A stretch of 64,000 bases of DNA from Spirochaetia bacterium (GTDB lineage Bacteria; Spirochaetota; Spirochaetia; SZUA-6; Bin103), in contig CBDBOV010000006.1 of the NCBI GenBank assembly GCA_965208575.1, forward strand, positions 384,001 to 448,000. Reading direction: 5' to 3'. The position numbers were made by a program, and so were the translations under genes. Position 1 is the stretch's first letter. Every line of letters begins with the position of its first letter. The notes below the pieces were generated by a model. That model did no database searches and had not been told where the DNA came from. It saw only the letters and a list, made by a program, of their open reading frames with translations. Shown piece after piece: positions 11,271-21,105 of the stretch.

Positions 11271-11378
11271 CGGCTCGTCGGGGGTGAACGTACACCGACG
11301 CGCCGGCCCGGTTCAAACCGAACTCGCGCCGCCGGCGGCTCGGGCGCGGCGCTCGGGCGGCGCCGGGCGCCGGCGGCT

Positions 11379-12719
11379 TCAGCGTTCGACCGACACCGTC
11401 ACGGTCAGCCGCGGCCCCTGCGGAGACGGATCGCCGAGACCGGCGGCGCCGACCCGCAGCCGGCCACGCGGCAGCCGGACCTCGACCGCGAACTGCGTGG
11501 TGATCTTCTCGGACGCGACGCGCCATCCCGCTTCGACGGCAACTGGAGATGCGGCCGTGGCGGCGCGTACCTGCAGCGTGTCCCCGGACTGCGCGCCGCG
11601 CCAGCGCATCGAGATCGTCCCTGCGCGCGCGCGCGCCTGGACGGCGAGCGTGGGTACGGCACCCGCCGAACCGGCCTGCACCGCGCCTTCGCCGCCCAGC
11701 GTCACGGCGCCGAGCCGTACCGAGGGGGTCACCGCCAGCTCCACGGTGTGCTGCGCCGCGGCGACGGGGCGCGCCGCGTGCACTGTCGGCCGGGGCACCG
11801 CGCCGCGCACGGCGAACCGGTACCCTACCCGCCAGGGACGCGGCCCGGCGGCGCCGCTCAGCCGGGCCGCCCAGGCGAGCGACGCGTCCGGGGCGCCGCC
11901 GCCGAGCGCGCGAAATTCGCGGCCGGCGGCCGCCACACCCGCGGCCAACTCGCCGTACGGCGACGGCGCGCGCCCGGACAGGCGGACGTGGAAGGCAGGC
12001 GGCAGACGCGGCCCGAGCGACGCGTTGACGCTGCCGGCCAACTCGCCGGCGCCGTCCGTGACGCGGGCACGGATGCCGGCGAGCGCCAATTCGCCGCCCG
12101 GGAATGGCGGCGCCGCCAGCAGCCAGCGTGTCGACGTCGGCGGCGGCGGCCCGCTGCGGACGGCGGCGTATGCCTCCAGGCCGAGTGCCGGCAGCGGCTC
12201 GGCGGCCGCCGCCGCGGCAAGCACGGTCGCCGGGCGCGCGCGCCCGGCGGACGCCGGTGCCGGCTCCACGTAGCCGGCCACCGCCACGCCGGGCAGCGGC
12301 GCAAGCTGGACGCCGCGCAACCGGCCGGGGCTGATGCCGGTGTCCGGGAGCAGCCCGGTACGCTCGCCGTACACTTTTGTCCCGGCGTCGTGGCCGAGTG
12401 GACGCGCCAGCTCTCTCCACGCGCCGGCCAGACGTACCGGACCGACCAGCGCACCGCCCAGTTCCAATCCGGAAGCGATCAGCAGCGGACGGCCGTCGCC
12501 CGGTGCGACGGCGGCAACCAGGCGCGCGCGCCCCCAGCTTCCCTCGTACACGAGGCGGGTGCGCGCGGCGGCGCCGGTGGCTGCGACTTCGACGCGCGAC
12601 GTCACCGACACGCCGCGCTCCGCCGATTCGGCCGCGAGGTGCGCGCCGGCGGTCAGCATCAGGATCAAGGCGCCGGCGCCGCGCCGGCGCGGCGGGCGAG
12701 AAGTGCCGCGAACTGTCAT
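11379..12719 (-). CDS. Hypothetical exported protein, possibly a beta-barrel
   Basis: Signal-peptide-like start and amphipathic beta-like segments; fills the gap between cysS and the macrodomain gene. Other frames are also open. Confidence 0.55.
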   Translation of the reverse strand: MTVRGTSRPPRRRGAGALILMLTAGAHLAAESAERGVSVTSRVEVAATGAAARTRLVYEGSWGRARLVAAVAPGDGRPLLIASGLELGGALVGPVRLAGAWRELARPLGHDAGTKVYGERTGLLPDTGISPGRLRGVQLAPLPGVAVAGYVEPAPASAGRARPATVLAAAAAAEPLPALGLEAYAAVRSGPPPPTSTRWLLAAPPFPGGELALAGIRARVTDGAGELAGSVNASLGPRLPPAFHVRLSGRAPSPYGELAAGVAAAGREFRALGGGAPDASLAWAARLSGAAGPRPWRVGYRFAVRGAVPRPTVHAARPVAAAQHTVELAVTPSVRLGAVTLGGEGAVQAGSAGAVPTLAVQARARAGTISMRWRGAQSGDTLQVRAATAASPVAVEAGWRVASEKITTQFAVEVRLPRGRLRVGAAGLGDPSPQGPRLTVTVSVER

Positions 12720-12875
12720 AGCGGCCGGGATAGAGCAACATCGGTGCCATGCGCGGCCCGCAGGCGGGGCCGGGAAGGCTCCGCAGCGACCACGTTTTAC
12801 GTTCGTTTACGCATGCCGCTGTGCCGGCGCGCGGGTACGCGCCATGCGCCGCGAGAGTGTGGCACACTGGCGGTC

Positions 12876-13427
12876 ATGGCATCCCTGCTCGACGGTCGCC
12901 TGCTGGTGTCGCAAGGCGACATCACCAGGTTCAGCGGCGCCTCCCCGAGCGCCATCGTCAACGCCGCCAACAGCTCCCTGCTCGGCGGCGGCGGCGTTGA
13001 CGGCGCCATTCATCGCCGCGGCGGCACGCGGATTCTCGACGAGTGCAGGGAGATTCGCCGGTCGCGCTACCCCGACGGGCTGCCCACCGGCGCGGCGGTG
13101 ATCACCGGCGCCGGCCGGCTGGCGGTCGATTACGTGGTGCACACCGTCGGGCCGGTGTGGAACGGCGGCGGCCGCGGCGAGCCGGAGCTGCTGCGCGCCG
13201 CGTACCGCAACAGCTTGCTGCTGGCGGCGCAACATGATGTGCGCGAGATGGCGTTTCCGGCCATTTCCACCGGCGTGTACGGCTATCCACCCGCGCTCGC
13301 CGCGCGCGAAGTGCTCGCCGCCGTCGGGCACGCGCTGGCGGGCCGCCCGCTGCCGGAGCGCGTGCACTTGCTGTTCTTCAGCGCGGCGGATCAAGCCACC
13401 TTCCTGGACGCCGTCCGGACCGCGTGA
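12876..13427 (+). CDS. Macrodomain protein (YmdB-like ADP-ribose/O-acetyl-ADP-ribose hydrolase)
   Basis: Motifs [31 protein letters not shown] and [12 protein letters not shown]. It is the C-terminal part of ORF 9600..13427. Confidence 0.93.
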   Translation: MASLLDGRLLVSQGDITRFSGASPSAIVNAANSSLLGGGGVDGAIHRRGGTRILDECREIRRSRYPDGLPTGAAVITGAGRLAVDYVVHTVGPVWNGGGRGEPELLRAAYRNSLLLAAQHDVREMAFPAISTGVYGYPPALAAREVLAAVGHALAGRPLPERVHLLFFSAADQATFLDAVRTA

Positions 13428-14917
13428 CTGCGCCGGACGGCGCCGGAGGCGGAGGCCCGGATGGCGACCGCGCCGCCGGCGCGATCCTGAACTGGCGCGA
13501 GATCGACGCCGTGCTGGCCGAACTCGACCTCGCCGGCTGCTTCATCCGCGACGTGCGCCAGCCGGCACATCAGCGGCTGGTGTTCGAACTGTACGCGCCG
13601 CGGCAGGGGCGCATCTGGATGCTGGCCGCATTGGGCGGACCGTATGTCCGCCTGCACCGGCTGGCGCACCGGCCGCACCAGCTCGGCGATCCACAGCGCT
13701 TCGTCGCGTTCATGCGCGCGCACGTGCGGTCGGCCCGGATCCTGGCCGCGTCCCAGGTGGCCGGTGAGCGGATCGTCAAGCTGCAGGTGGCGCGCGGCGA
13801 CCGCGAGCTGACGATCTGGATCCGCCTGTGGGCGAATGCCGCCAACTGCATCGTCACCGACACCGGCGGCGCCATCCTGGACGCCCTGTTCCGCCGCCCG
13901 CGGCGGGGCGAGGTCAGCGGCGGCGAGTTTCACCCCGAGCGCGACCTCGTTGCGCCGGCGGCGCGCGGCGACCGCCACCGGGCTCGCCCGGTGCGGGCGT
14001 TCGGCGATCCGGGCGAACCTTACAACCTGCGGGTGGAGCGCCACTTCGCCGCTCTCGAGGCAGACGCCGACGCGCGGCGCGCGGCCCGGATGGCGGCCGC
14101 GGCACGCGCCGCCGGCGAACGGCGCACGCGGCGCCTGATCGCGCGTCTGCGCCGCGAGTGCGAAGCGGCCGGCGATCACGAACGGTTGCAGCAGTTGGGC
14201 AGCCTGCTGCTGGTCAACCTGGCGCGGGTGCAGCCGGGCGCGCGCCAGGTCGTGGTGGACGACTATCACACCGGCGGCACGACCGCGATCGATCTGGCTC
14301 CGGACCGGTCGGCGGCGGACAACGCGCAGCGCTACTTCGAACGCGCCCGCAACGCACGCCGCCGGCTGCAGACCGCCCGCTCCCGGCTCACGCAGGCGGA
14401 GCGGGAACTGGCCGCGGCGCAAGCAGCCGATCCGGTGCAGGCGCCGGTGGTGTCCGCCGGCGGTGCTGCGGGGCCGGCGGACCGGCGCGCGGCGGGCAGT
14501 CCACCGGCGGCGCGCCCGGCCGGCGTGCGGCAGTTCGTGAGCCGCGGATTCACCCTGCTGGTGGGGCGCGGCGCGGCGCAGAACGACGCTGCACTCCGGG
14601 CCGCGCGCGGCAACGACTGGTGGTTTCACTGCCGCGACTTCCCCGGCGCGCACGTGTTCGTGCGCGAGCGCGGCTCGGGGTCGATTCCGTTGGAAACGAT
14701 GCTCGACGCCGCCAGCCTGGCGCTGTTCTTCAGCAAGGCGCGCTCGTCCGGACAGGCGGACGTGTACTACACCCAGGTGAAGTACCTGCGGCGACCGCGC
14801 GCACGCGGCCGCGGCCCGCAGCCGGCGCCCGGCCGCGTGATCCCGACGCGGGAGCGAAACCTGTTCATCAAGCTGCAGCCCGAGCGCATCGAGCGGCTGC
14901 TGTCGGGAGGCCCGTGA
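13424..14917 (+). CDS. NFACT/Rqc2 (RqcH/FbpA-like) protein
   Basis: NFACT-N domain, coiled coil ..[10 protein letters not shown].., and NFACT-R ([10 protein letters not shown]...[14 protein letters not shown]). Confidence 0.88.
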   Translation: MTAPDGAGGGGPDGDRAAGAILNWREIDAVLAELDLAGCFIRDVRQPAHQRLVFELYAPRQGRIWMLAALGGPYVRLHRLAHRPHQLGDPQRFVAFMRAHVRSARILAASQVAGERIVKLQVARGDRELTIWIRLWANAANCIVTDTGGAILDALFRRPRRGEVSGGEFHPERDLVAPAARGDRHRARPVRAFGDPGEPYNLRVERHFAALEADADARRAARMAAAARAAGERRTRRLIARLRRECEAAGDHERLQQLGSLLLVNLARVQPGARQVVVDDYHTGGTTAIDLAPDRSAADNAQRYFERARNARRRLQTARSRLTQAERELAAAQAADPVQAPVVSAGGAAGPADRRAAGSPPAARPAGVRQFVSRGFTLLVGRGAAQNDAALRAARGNDWWFHCRDFPGAHVFVRERGSGSIPLETMLDAASLALFFSKARSSGQADVYYTQVKYLRRPRARGRGPQPAPGRVIPTRERNLFIKLQPERIERLLSGGP

Positions 14918-15015
14918 CGAACGCACCGGGGCCGGGTACGGCCGGGCGACGGCGGCGCCATTCGTTGTCATCGCCGCGGCGGACTGCGATACTCTGTAGC
15001 GTAGGCGGCACCCGC

Positions 15016-16413
15016 ATGCAGGATACCTCGCTCGACCCACTCGCTCCGCAGCAGATCACCGACCGCGGACAGCCGCTGCTTGCGTTCGTGGCCTCGGACA
15101 AGCTCAGCTCGCTGGCCAAGCGCAGCGCGCTGCAGCAATCCGACGGCTGGATCGTGCATGGCGGCCAAGTGCGTCCGTGGCGGTTCAGCGGCTACGTGCG
15201 GCGCGGCGAAACGCTGCTGGTGACCGGTCCCCGGGTCGACGGCGAACTGCTGGTGGCGGCGCTCCGGCGCGCCCCGGACGAGGCGCTCGCCGCGGTAGCA
15301 AGGGTCGCCGGCGCGCTGGCGCGCCTGGCGCGCGACGGGCTGGCGGCACAGCCGCTGCAACTCAACGGCATCATGCTGCTGGCGACCGGCGGGGTGCTCG
15401 TTCTGCCGCCGGCCGTGGTCCGGCAACTTACCGAGACGCATTCGCCGGCGGCCATGGTGGCGGCTTCGGCACGCATCAACCATCCCGATCAGGGCGGCGA
15501 GCAGCGCTGGAGCACGATGCTCGCCATCCTGAGCTACCGCGCCATGACCGGCGAGTATCCGTTCCCGGCGCCAGGCGAGGAGGAGCTGCGCAACCAGATG
15601 CGCCGCCTCGACGTGGTGCCGCCGCGGCTGCTCGCACCCGGCTGCGACGAACACCTTTCCGCGCACATCGTGCGCGCGCTGCGCCCGCAGCGCCACGAGG
15701 TGCGCCCGCCGCTGGCGGACTGGCCGGCGATGCTGGCGCGGGCGCGCGAGCAGGCGGCGCCGGTGGCGGCGGCGGATGCGGAGCGCCTGCAGGCGGACGC
15801 GGCGGTGCTGCGCGAGCGCCATGCGCAGTCGTTCCGAAGGCGCGTGTTCCTGCAGCGCAACCTGCGCACCATGGTGGTGACGGCCGTTATCGTGGCCGCG
15901 GTGGGAGGCGTGCTCGGATCGATCGTCGCCAATCAGTTCAAGCCGCGCTCCACGCGCGGCTACTCGCCGCGCCAGGTGGTGGAAGCGTTTTACGGCAGCA
16001 TCGGCGCACTCGACCACGCGACCATGGAAGACGCGGTGGTCGGCGACGCCGGCAAGGGGCTGATCAACGAGGTGGTGAACCTGTTCGTGATCTCGCGCGT
16101 GGCGCAGGGCTACGAGGGACGCAGCCACATCGTCGACGCCGCCGAGTGGGCGGCCGCCGGGGAGCCGGAATTGCCGGCCGACCGCTCACTGTACGGACCG
16201 AGCAATCTGGACATCGTGGCCGAGCAGGGTGCGCCGCAGCCGGTGTTTCGCGTCTCCTACCTGATGTGGCGCCTCGGCGGCGCCGACGGGGACGACCCCC
16301 CGGGCACGCCGCAACAGGGCATACCGACCAGCGAGCGGGTGTTCCTGCGCCAGGACAAGGGCGACTGGGTGATCTTCGAGATGCAGCCGCTGGACCCGCC
16401 GAACCGCAATTGA
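15016..16413 (+). CDS. Membrane protein with a degenerate Ser/Thr-kinase-like N-terminal domain
   Basis: Kinase C-lobe-like segments (NGIMLLATGGVLVL, LSYRAMTGEYPF, ALRP...RP), one TM helix, then an extracytoplasmic domain. Confidence 0.7.
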   Translation: MQDTSLDPLAPQQITDRGQPLLAFVASDKLSSLAKRSALQQSDGWIVHGGQVRPWRFSGYVRRGETLLVTGPRVDGELLVAALRRAPDEALAAVARVAGALARLARDGLAAQPLQLNGIMLLATGGVLVLPPAVVRQLTETHSPAAMVAASARINHPDQGGEQRWSTMLAILSYRAMTGEYPFPAPGEEELRNQMRRLDVVPPRLLAPGCDEHLSAHIVRALRPQRHEVRPPLADWPAMLARAREQAAPVAAADAERLQADAAVLRERHAQSFRRRVFLQRNLRTMVVTAVIVAAVGGVLGSIVANQFKPRSTRGYSPRQVVEAFYGSIGALDHATMEDAVVGDAGKGLINEVVNLFVISRVAQGYEGRSHIVDAAEWAAAGEPELPADRSLYGPSNLDIVAEQGAPQPVFRVSYLMWRLGGADGDDPPGTPQQGIPTSERVFLRQDKGDWVIFEMQPLDPPNRN

Positions 16414-16421
16414 CCGGCGCC

Positions 16422-17858
16422 ATGCGGCGGCGCAGCGAACCTGGCGCCGCGATCACCTCGGTGGGCGATCTGCGCGGCATGCGCGCCACGGTGATGGGGC
16501 TCGGCCTGCACGGCGGCGGACTGACCGCGGCGCAGTTCCTGGTCCGGCACGGCGCGCGGGTCACGGTGACCGACCTGCGCGACGAGACGGTGCTGGCGCC
16601 GTCGCTCGACCGGCTGGCCGGCCCGGTACGCCTGGTGCTCGGCCGCCACGAGGTGCACGACTTCGCCGCGGCCGACCTGGTGATCAAGAATCCCGGGGTG
16701 CCGGCCGGTTCACGCTTCCTGAACGCCGCCCGGCAGGCCGGTACGGCGGTGGAAAACGACATCTCCCTGTTCCGCCGCCTGCACCCGGACGCCCCGGTGG
16801 CTGCCGTGACCGGCAGCAAGGGCAAGTCGACGACGGCGTCCGCGCTGCACCACGCACTGCGCCGCTGGCACCCCGACGCGTGCCTCGGCGGCAACATTAC
16901 CGTGTCGCCGCTCGCGTTCGCCGACCGTCTCGCCCCCGGCACGCCGGTGGTGCTGGAACTCTCCTCCTGGCAACTCGGCGACCTGCCGGATCCGGCGCTG
17001 CTGCGCGCGCGGGTGGCGGTGTTGACCAACATCCTGCCCGACCACCAGGACCGCTACCGTTCGATGCACGCCTACGCGGCGGACAAGCTGCGGGTGTTCG
17101 CCGGGCAGGGCGCGGCCGACCGGGCGCTGTTCGGCCCGGACACCTGGCAATGGGTCGAGACGCCGCCGGCCGCCTCGGTGTGGCACCTGGCGGACGGCAG
17201 GTTGCCGAGCGGGTACGCGGGGGCGGAAGTGGACGGCGGCCTGCTGCGGCTGCGTGACCCGGAGGTCGGCGAGGTGGCAGCGCCGGCCCTGCCGGCCGGG
17301 CGGCTGCCCGGCCGGCACAACCTGCTCAACCTGGCCGCGGCGGCACTTGCCACGACCGCCCTGGCCGGCATCCACGAGCTGCCGGCGGCGGTTGCCGCGC
17401 TGGCCGACTTCGGCGGCCTGGAACACCGCCTGGAGAGCGTTGCCGTGTGGCAGGGCATCCACGTCGTCAACGACTCGGCGGCCACCATGCCGCACGCCAC
17501 CGCGGCCGCCCTGGCGGCGTTCCCGGCGCCGGTGACCCTGATAGCCGGGGGCAACGACAAACAGCTCGAGTTCGGCGGCCTGCGCGCCGCCCTCGGCCCG
17601 GTGGAGACCGTCGTGCTGCTCGCCGGCACCGCGACCGGCAAGCTGGCCGCGGCACTCTCCGGCAGCGGCGTCGCGATTCGCGGGCCGTTCGGCGACCTGC
17701 GCGATGCGGTTCGGGAGGCGTTCGCGGCGACACGGGCCGGGGGCACGCTGCTGTTCTCGCCGGGCGCCACCTCGTTCGGCATGTTCGCGCACGAATTCGC
17801 ACGCGGCGCCGAGTTCAAGCAGGCGGTGCGCGAGTACACTGCCGGCGGCGCGGACTGA
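16422..17858 (+). CDS. murD: UDP-MurNAc-L-Ala--D-Glu ligase
   Basis: Motifs VMGLGLHGGG, TGSKGKSTT, GGNI, LELSSWQL, DHQDRY, NDSAAT and LFSPG. The start may be 16479. Confidence 0.93.
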   Translation: MRRRSEPGAAITSVGDLRGMRATVMGLGLHGGGLTAAQFLVRHGARVTVTDLRDETVLAPSLDRLAGPVRLVLGRHEVHDFAAADLVIKNPGVPAGSRFLNAARQAGTAVENDISLFRRLHPDAPVAAVTGSKGKSTTASALHHALRRWHPDACLGGNITVSPLAFADRLAPGTPVVLELSSWQLGDLPDPALLRARVAVLTNILPDHQDRYRSMHAYAADKLRVFAGQGAADRALFGPDTWQWVETPPAASVWHLADGRLPSGYAGAEVDGGLLRLRDPEVGEVAAPALPAGRLPGRHNLLNLAAAALATTALAGIHELPAAVAALADFGGLEHRLESVAVWQGIHVVNDSAATMPHATAAALAAFPAPVTLIAGGNDKQLEFGGLRAALGPVETVVLLAGTATGKLAAALSGSGVAIRGPFGDLRDAVREAFAATRAGGTLLFSPGATSFGMFAHEFARGAEFKQAVREYTAGGAD

Positions 17859-17861
17859 CGG

Positions 17862-18983
17862 TCAGCAGGTCTCCGCCGCACGTGCCGCGCGCGGGCGGCT
17901 GCGCAGCCGGGCGAGCCGGGGCCGCAGGCGGGCATAGTAGTCGCGGCGCAACACCTCGGCGCGGCGGAACAACAGGTAGGAGAGCGGCCGCAGCGCGTAG
18001 TCCCAGCAGCCCGGGCGATGCACGATCGATCCGCCGAAACCGGTCTTGAACCGGTACAGGCCGGCCCACGGATGGTCGGCATCGGCTGACGGCGAGATGC
18101 CGTACAGGTCGTAGGAGCGACAGCCGCGGTCGCGGGCCAGCCGCATTGCCGCCCATTGCAGGGCGTAGTTGGCCATCAGGGAGCGGTGGCGCGGCGTCGA
18201 CGCGCCGTACAGGTAGCGCGCCATGCGCCCGCACACGCTGACAATGACGCCGCCGACCGGCTCGCCACGGTGGCTCGCCGACAGCAGGTACAACTCCGGC
18301 TCCGGGTTCACGCTCTCCGCCGCGAGGGCGAACAGGGTGGCGAAGTAGCGCTCGTCGTGCGCGGTGATGTGATGACGTGCCGCGGTGCCCCGGTACAGCC
18401 GGTACCACTCCGCGAGCGGCGCGCCGAGCGCGTCCGCGGCCATCAGGACGGCAACGGCGACGCCGCGGCGCCCCGCGAGCCGAACGTTGTAGCGCGTCTT
18501 GGCTTTCATTCGCGCCAGCAATTGCTCCTCGGGAGCGGCGAGGTCGACGATCACGGTGCTGGTGGGCTGTACGTCCACCGGCGCGCGGCGCAGGCGTCCG
18601 GCGGCGCCCAGCGGCGGTCGGTCGCCGTCCGGCGACGGCCATGCAAGGTCGTAGCGCACCAGGGTGGGCCGCGCGCCCCCCGCTGCGGCGCCTCGGTTGC
18701 CGGCGGCGCGGTGGCGCTCGGCAATGTGCGGCGCGAGCTGGCCGAGCAGCGCGGCACCCGATCCGTCGCCGGGGGGCGGCACCCCGCCCGGCGCGTACAC
18801 CAGGGCGCCGAACGGCGTCGCGCGAGCCAGCGTCAGCAGGGTGCCGCCGCCGCCGGCTGCCAGCCAACGCAGCGCGTGCGTCCGCCAGCCGAAGCGCTCC
18901 TTGAAGCGTCCCCACAGGGCGCTCTGCAGCAGTTCGTCGCCCGGCTGCAACTCTTCCAGGGCGATCGGTCGGACGTCCGCCAT
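17862..18983 (-). CDS. FemABX-family peptidoglycan aminoacyl transferase
   Basis: Motifs LLQSALWGRFK, MKAKTRYNVR, YLYGAS, YDLYGI and GLYRFKTGFGG. Confidence 0.9.
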   Translation of the reverse strand: MADVRPIALEELQPGDELLQSALWGRFKERFGWRTHALRWLAAGGGGTLLTLARATPFGALVYAPGGVPPPGDGSGAALLGQLAPHIAERHRAAGNRGAAAGGARPTLVRYDLAWPSPDGDRPPLGAAGRLRRAPVDVQPTSTVIVDLAAPEEQLLARMKAKTRYNVRLAGRRGVAVAVLMAADALGAPLAEWYRLYRGTAARHHITAHDERYFATLFALAAESVNPEPELYLLSASHRGEPVGGVIVSVCGRMARYLYGASTPRHRSLMANYALQWAAMRLARDRGCRSYDLYGISPSADADHPWAGLYRFKTGFGGSIVHRPGCWDYALRPLSYLLFRRAEVLRRDYYARLRPRLARLRSRPRAARAAETC

Positions 18984-19043
18984 GGCGTATCTTACCGCCA
19001 CGGCGGGTGCTCCCGCCACGGCGGCCCGCGTGCCGTCCCGGGG

Positions 19044-20312
19044 CTACGGGCGCAACGCGGCGATGAGCCTCTCCGCTTCCTCGACCGAAATCTTGCCCTC
19101 CTTCAGCAGATCGAGGACCGTCTTCACCTCGGCGCCGCCGCCATCGTCGGGCGCCGCGCCGGCGGAGGCCTCGGCGCCCTCCTCGTGCCACGGGCGCGGC
19201 CCGCGACGCTCGCCGTCGCCGCCGCCGAACCGGAACGCGCGGCGCATCTCGCGCGAGACTTCCTCGCCGAGGCGCCCGAACTTCATTCCGAACTCCTTCA
19301 TGTCGCGCATGAAGCGGGGAAACTCCTCGCTGAAGTCCACGTCGAACCAGACGCCGTAGTTGCGTGCATCGTCGTCGGAGAAACCGTCGTCCGCGGTGCG
19401 GCGCGACTCGAAATCGGCATGTTTGGTCACCTCGATACCTCCTCTCAGGTTCTTGATCAGAATGAGCAGTTGCGGCTCGCCGTCGCCGAACTGCAGCGTG
19501 GTCACGGAGCGGTCGGTGCGGCTGCGGGCGCTGCCGAGGTGGTTGCGCAGCACGCCGCCGGTGTGTGCCTTGACGGTCGCGTTGATGCGCTCCGGCAGCG
19601 CCACCGTGACCGGTCCGTTGGCGGAATACACCGACAGCCGGCCGTCGCCGCCGTCGGCTTCCTCAGCGGCCGCGGTTTCGGGAACCGGGTCGGACGCCGC
19701 GGCCAGCGGGGCAATCTGCAGCGCGATGCGTCCGTTGGCGCTGCGCACGGTGCCGCCGCCGATGCGGGCGTCCGCCGCGCGCACGCGGCCGTTGGAGGTG
19801 GAAACGCGCAACCGGGGCGTCTCGATATCGTGCAGCGAGACCGAGCCATTGGCGGCGGAAACGTCCACGCCCGGACCGTGCACGGCCGACAGGTGCACCG
19901 AGCCGTTGGCGGCGCCGGCGCTCACCGGACCGCGGTTGTTGCGCACGTTGATCGCGCCATTGCGGGTGCGCAGGTGCAACTGCCCCGCCAGGTCGCGCGT
20001 CTCGATGCCGCCGTTGCGGCTGCGCAGGCGCAGGCGCGTCGGCTCCGGAACCTGCACCAGCAGGCGGCCCTTGGCGGCGGCATCGGGGTCTTCAAGCCGC
20101 TGCTCCTCCAGGCAGACGATCGGCGGTCCGCCGTCGTCCGACTCGCGCGTGCGCACCACGAACCGTTCGCCGGTATCGCGCGGGACCTCCTCGCCGGCGG
20201 GGATGAAGCGGGCCGTCGCGCCGCCGCCGCTCGGCTCCACCTCCAGGCTGGTGTTGCGCAGCGAAATCTCCAGGGCCGGGTCGTGTTCCGGCAGTGGCAG
20301 GGTAATGGTCAT
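19044..20312 (-). CDS. DUF4097/adhesin-like beta-repeat protein with SHOCT-like tail (YvlB/LiaX-like)
   Basis: Repeated ..SxNGxV/I.. strands and C-terminal VLDLLKEGKISVEEAERLIAAL. GAGGAGG RBS before ATG 20312. Confidence 0.82.
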   Translation of the reverse strand: MTITLPLPEHDPALEISLRNTSLEVEPSGGGATARFIPAGEEVPRDTGERFVVRTRESDDGGPPIVCLEEQRLEDPDAAAKGRLLVQVPEPTRLRLRSRNGGIETRDLAGQLHLRTRNGAINVRNNRGPVSAGAANGSVHLSAVHGPGVDVSAANGSVSLHDIETPRLRVSTSNGRVRAADARIGGGTVRSANGRIALQIAPLAAASDPVPETAAAEEADGGDGRLSVYSANGPVTVALPERINATVKAHTGGVLRNHLGSARSRTDRSVTTLQFGDGEPQLLILIKNLRGGIEVTKHADFESRRTADDGFSDDDARNYGVWFDVDFSEEFPRFMRDMKEFGMKFGRLGEEVSREMRRAFRFGGGDGERRGPRPWHEEGAEASAGAAPDDGGGAEVKTVLDLLKEGKISVEEAERLIAALRP

Positions 20313-20384
20313 CGGATCCTCCTCGGGGCGGCTCCCCGGTTGGCAGCTCTCCACCGGGGGCTGCGGACTACGTCGCGCCGTGCA

Positions 20385-20903
20385 TCAGCCATCGCGCAGG
20401 CCTCGCAGGGCTTCGTCGACGGTGATGCGGCCGGCGCGCAGGTCGCGCAGCAGCGCCAGCCGCTCACTACGTTCTCTTGCGTCGGACGCCTCGGCGTTGC
20501 GCCCCCGGGTACCATGCCCGCGGGCGCCGCGCCGCTCGGCGCCGCCCCCGGCGGCGGCGCTCCACGGGCGGGCGTCCGCATCGTCGGGCGCGCCGGGCGC
20601 GATGCCGGCGTCGGCGCGCAGGCGCGCCTCCGCCAGCCGGGCGTTGACGCTTGCCAGCCGCGCCTTCACGGTGGGATAGGAGATCCCGAGGCGGCGCTCA
20701 ACGCTGCGAAAGTTGCCCTCCACCTCGAGGAACACGCCCACGAAGTGCAGCAGCTCCTCCGGCAGGGCGCACAGTTCGCAGCGCCGGAACAGACCCCTCA
20801 GGACTACACCGCAACCCCGGCAACGATACTCCTGGACCAGGAGTTCGTCGCTGCACACCGGACACGCCGCCAACTCGTCACGGACGCCTTCGTTGCCGAT
20901 CAT
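20385..20903 (-). CDS. DUF2089-family zinc-ribbon/HTH protein
   Basis: CPVC...CRGC, HTH GNFRSVERRLGISYPTVKARL, and SHOCT-like LRAGRITVDEAL. Confidence 0.85.
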   Translation of the reverse strand: MIGNEGVRDELAACPVCSDELLVQEYRCRGCGVVLRGLFRRCELCALPEELLHFVGVFLEVEGNFRSVERRLGISYPTVKARLASVNARLAEARLRADAGIAPGAPDDADARPWSAAAGGGAERRGARGHGTRGRNAEASDARERSERLALLRDLRAGRITVDEALRGLRDG

Positions 20904-20924
20904 GTGCGGACCAATGTCGCGGCA

Positions 20925-20966
20925 ACCCTTCAATAAGTCAATAGCGACCTTGAATTATTAAAGGGT
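20925..20966. promoter_or_regulatory. AT-rich inverted repeat, candidate operator
   Basis: acccttcaataagtcaa-tagcgacc-ttgaattattaaagggt: 17-bp arms, 15/17 complementary. Confidence 0.7.
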
Positions 20967-21004
20967 ACATCCTTGAAACTCGTTTCCATGAGGCTCGTCG
21001 TTTC

Positions 21005-21033
21005 TTGACTCGCCCGCCCGCGCGCGCTACGTT
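21005..21033 (+). promoter_or_regulatory. Sigma70-type promoter of hflK
   Basis: TTGACT-N17-TACGTT. Confidence 0.65.
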
Positions 21034-21105
21034 CACTCTGACCGTACAGCCGTCTGCCACGATGCGAATCGACGCGCCAGGTGGACAGGTATCCCAGGGG
21101 GAGTC

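Noticed and set aside
9600-13427. 1275-aa plus-strand ORF
   Set aside because: It is mostly antisense to cysS and a high-GC shadow. Only the last 183 codons (macrodomain) are credible.
18156-20936. 926-aa plus-strand ORF and similar long Arg/Ala/Gly-rich ORFs (5138..7588, 24733..27450, 60201..61973)
   Set aside because: These are antisense or alternative-frame shadows of well-supported genes, expected from stop-codon scarcity at high GC.
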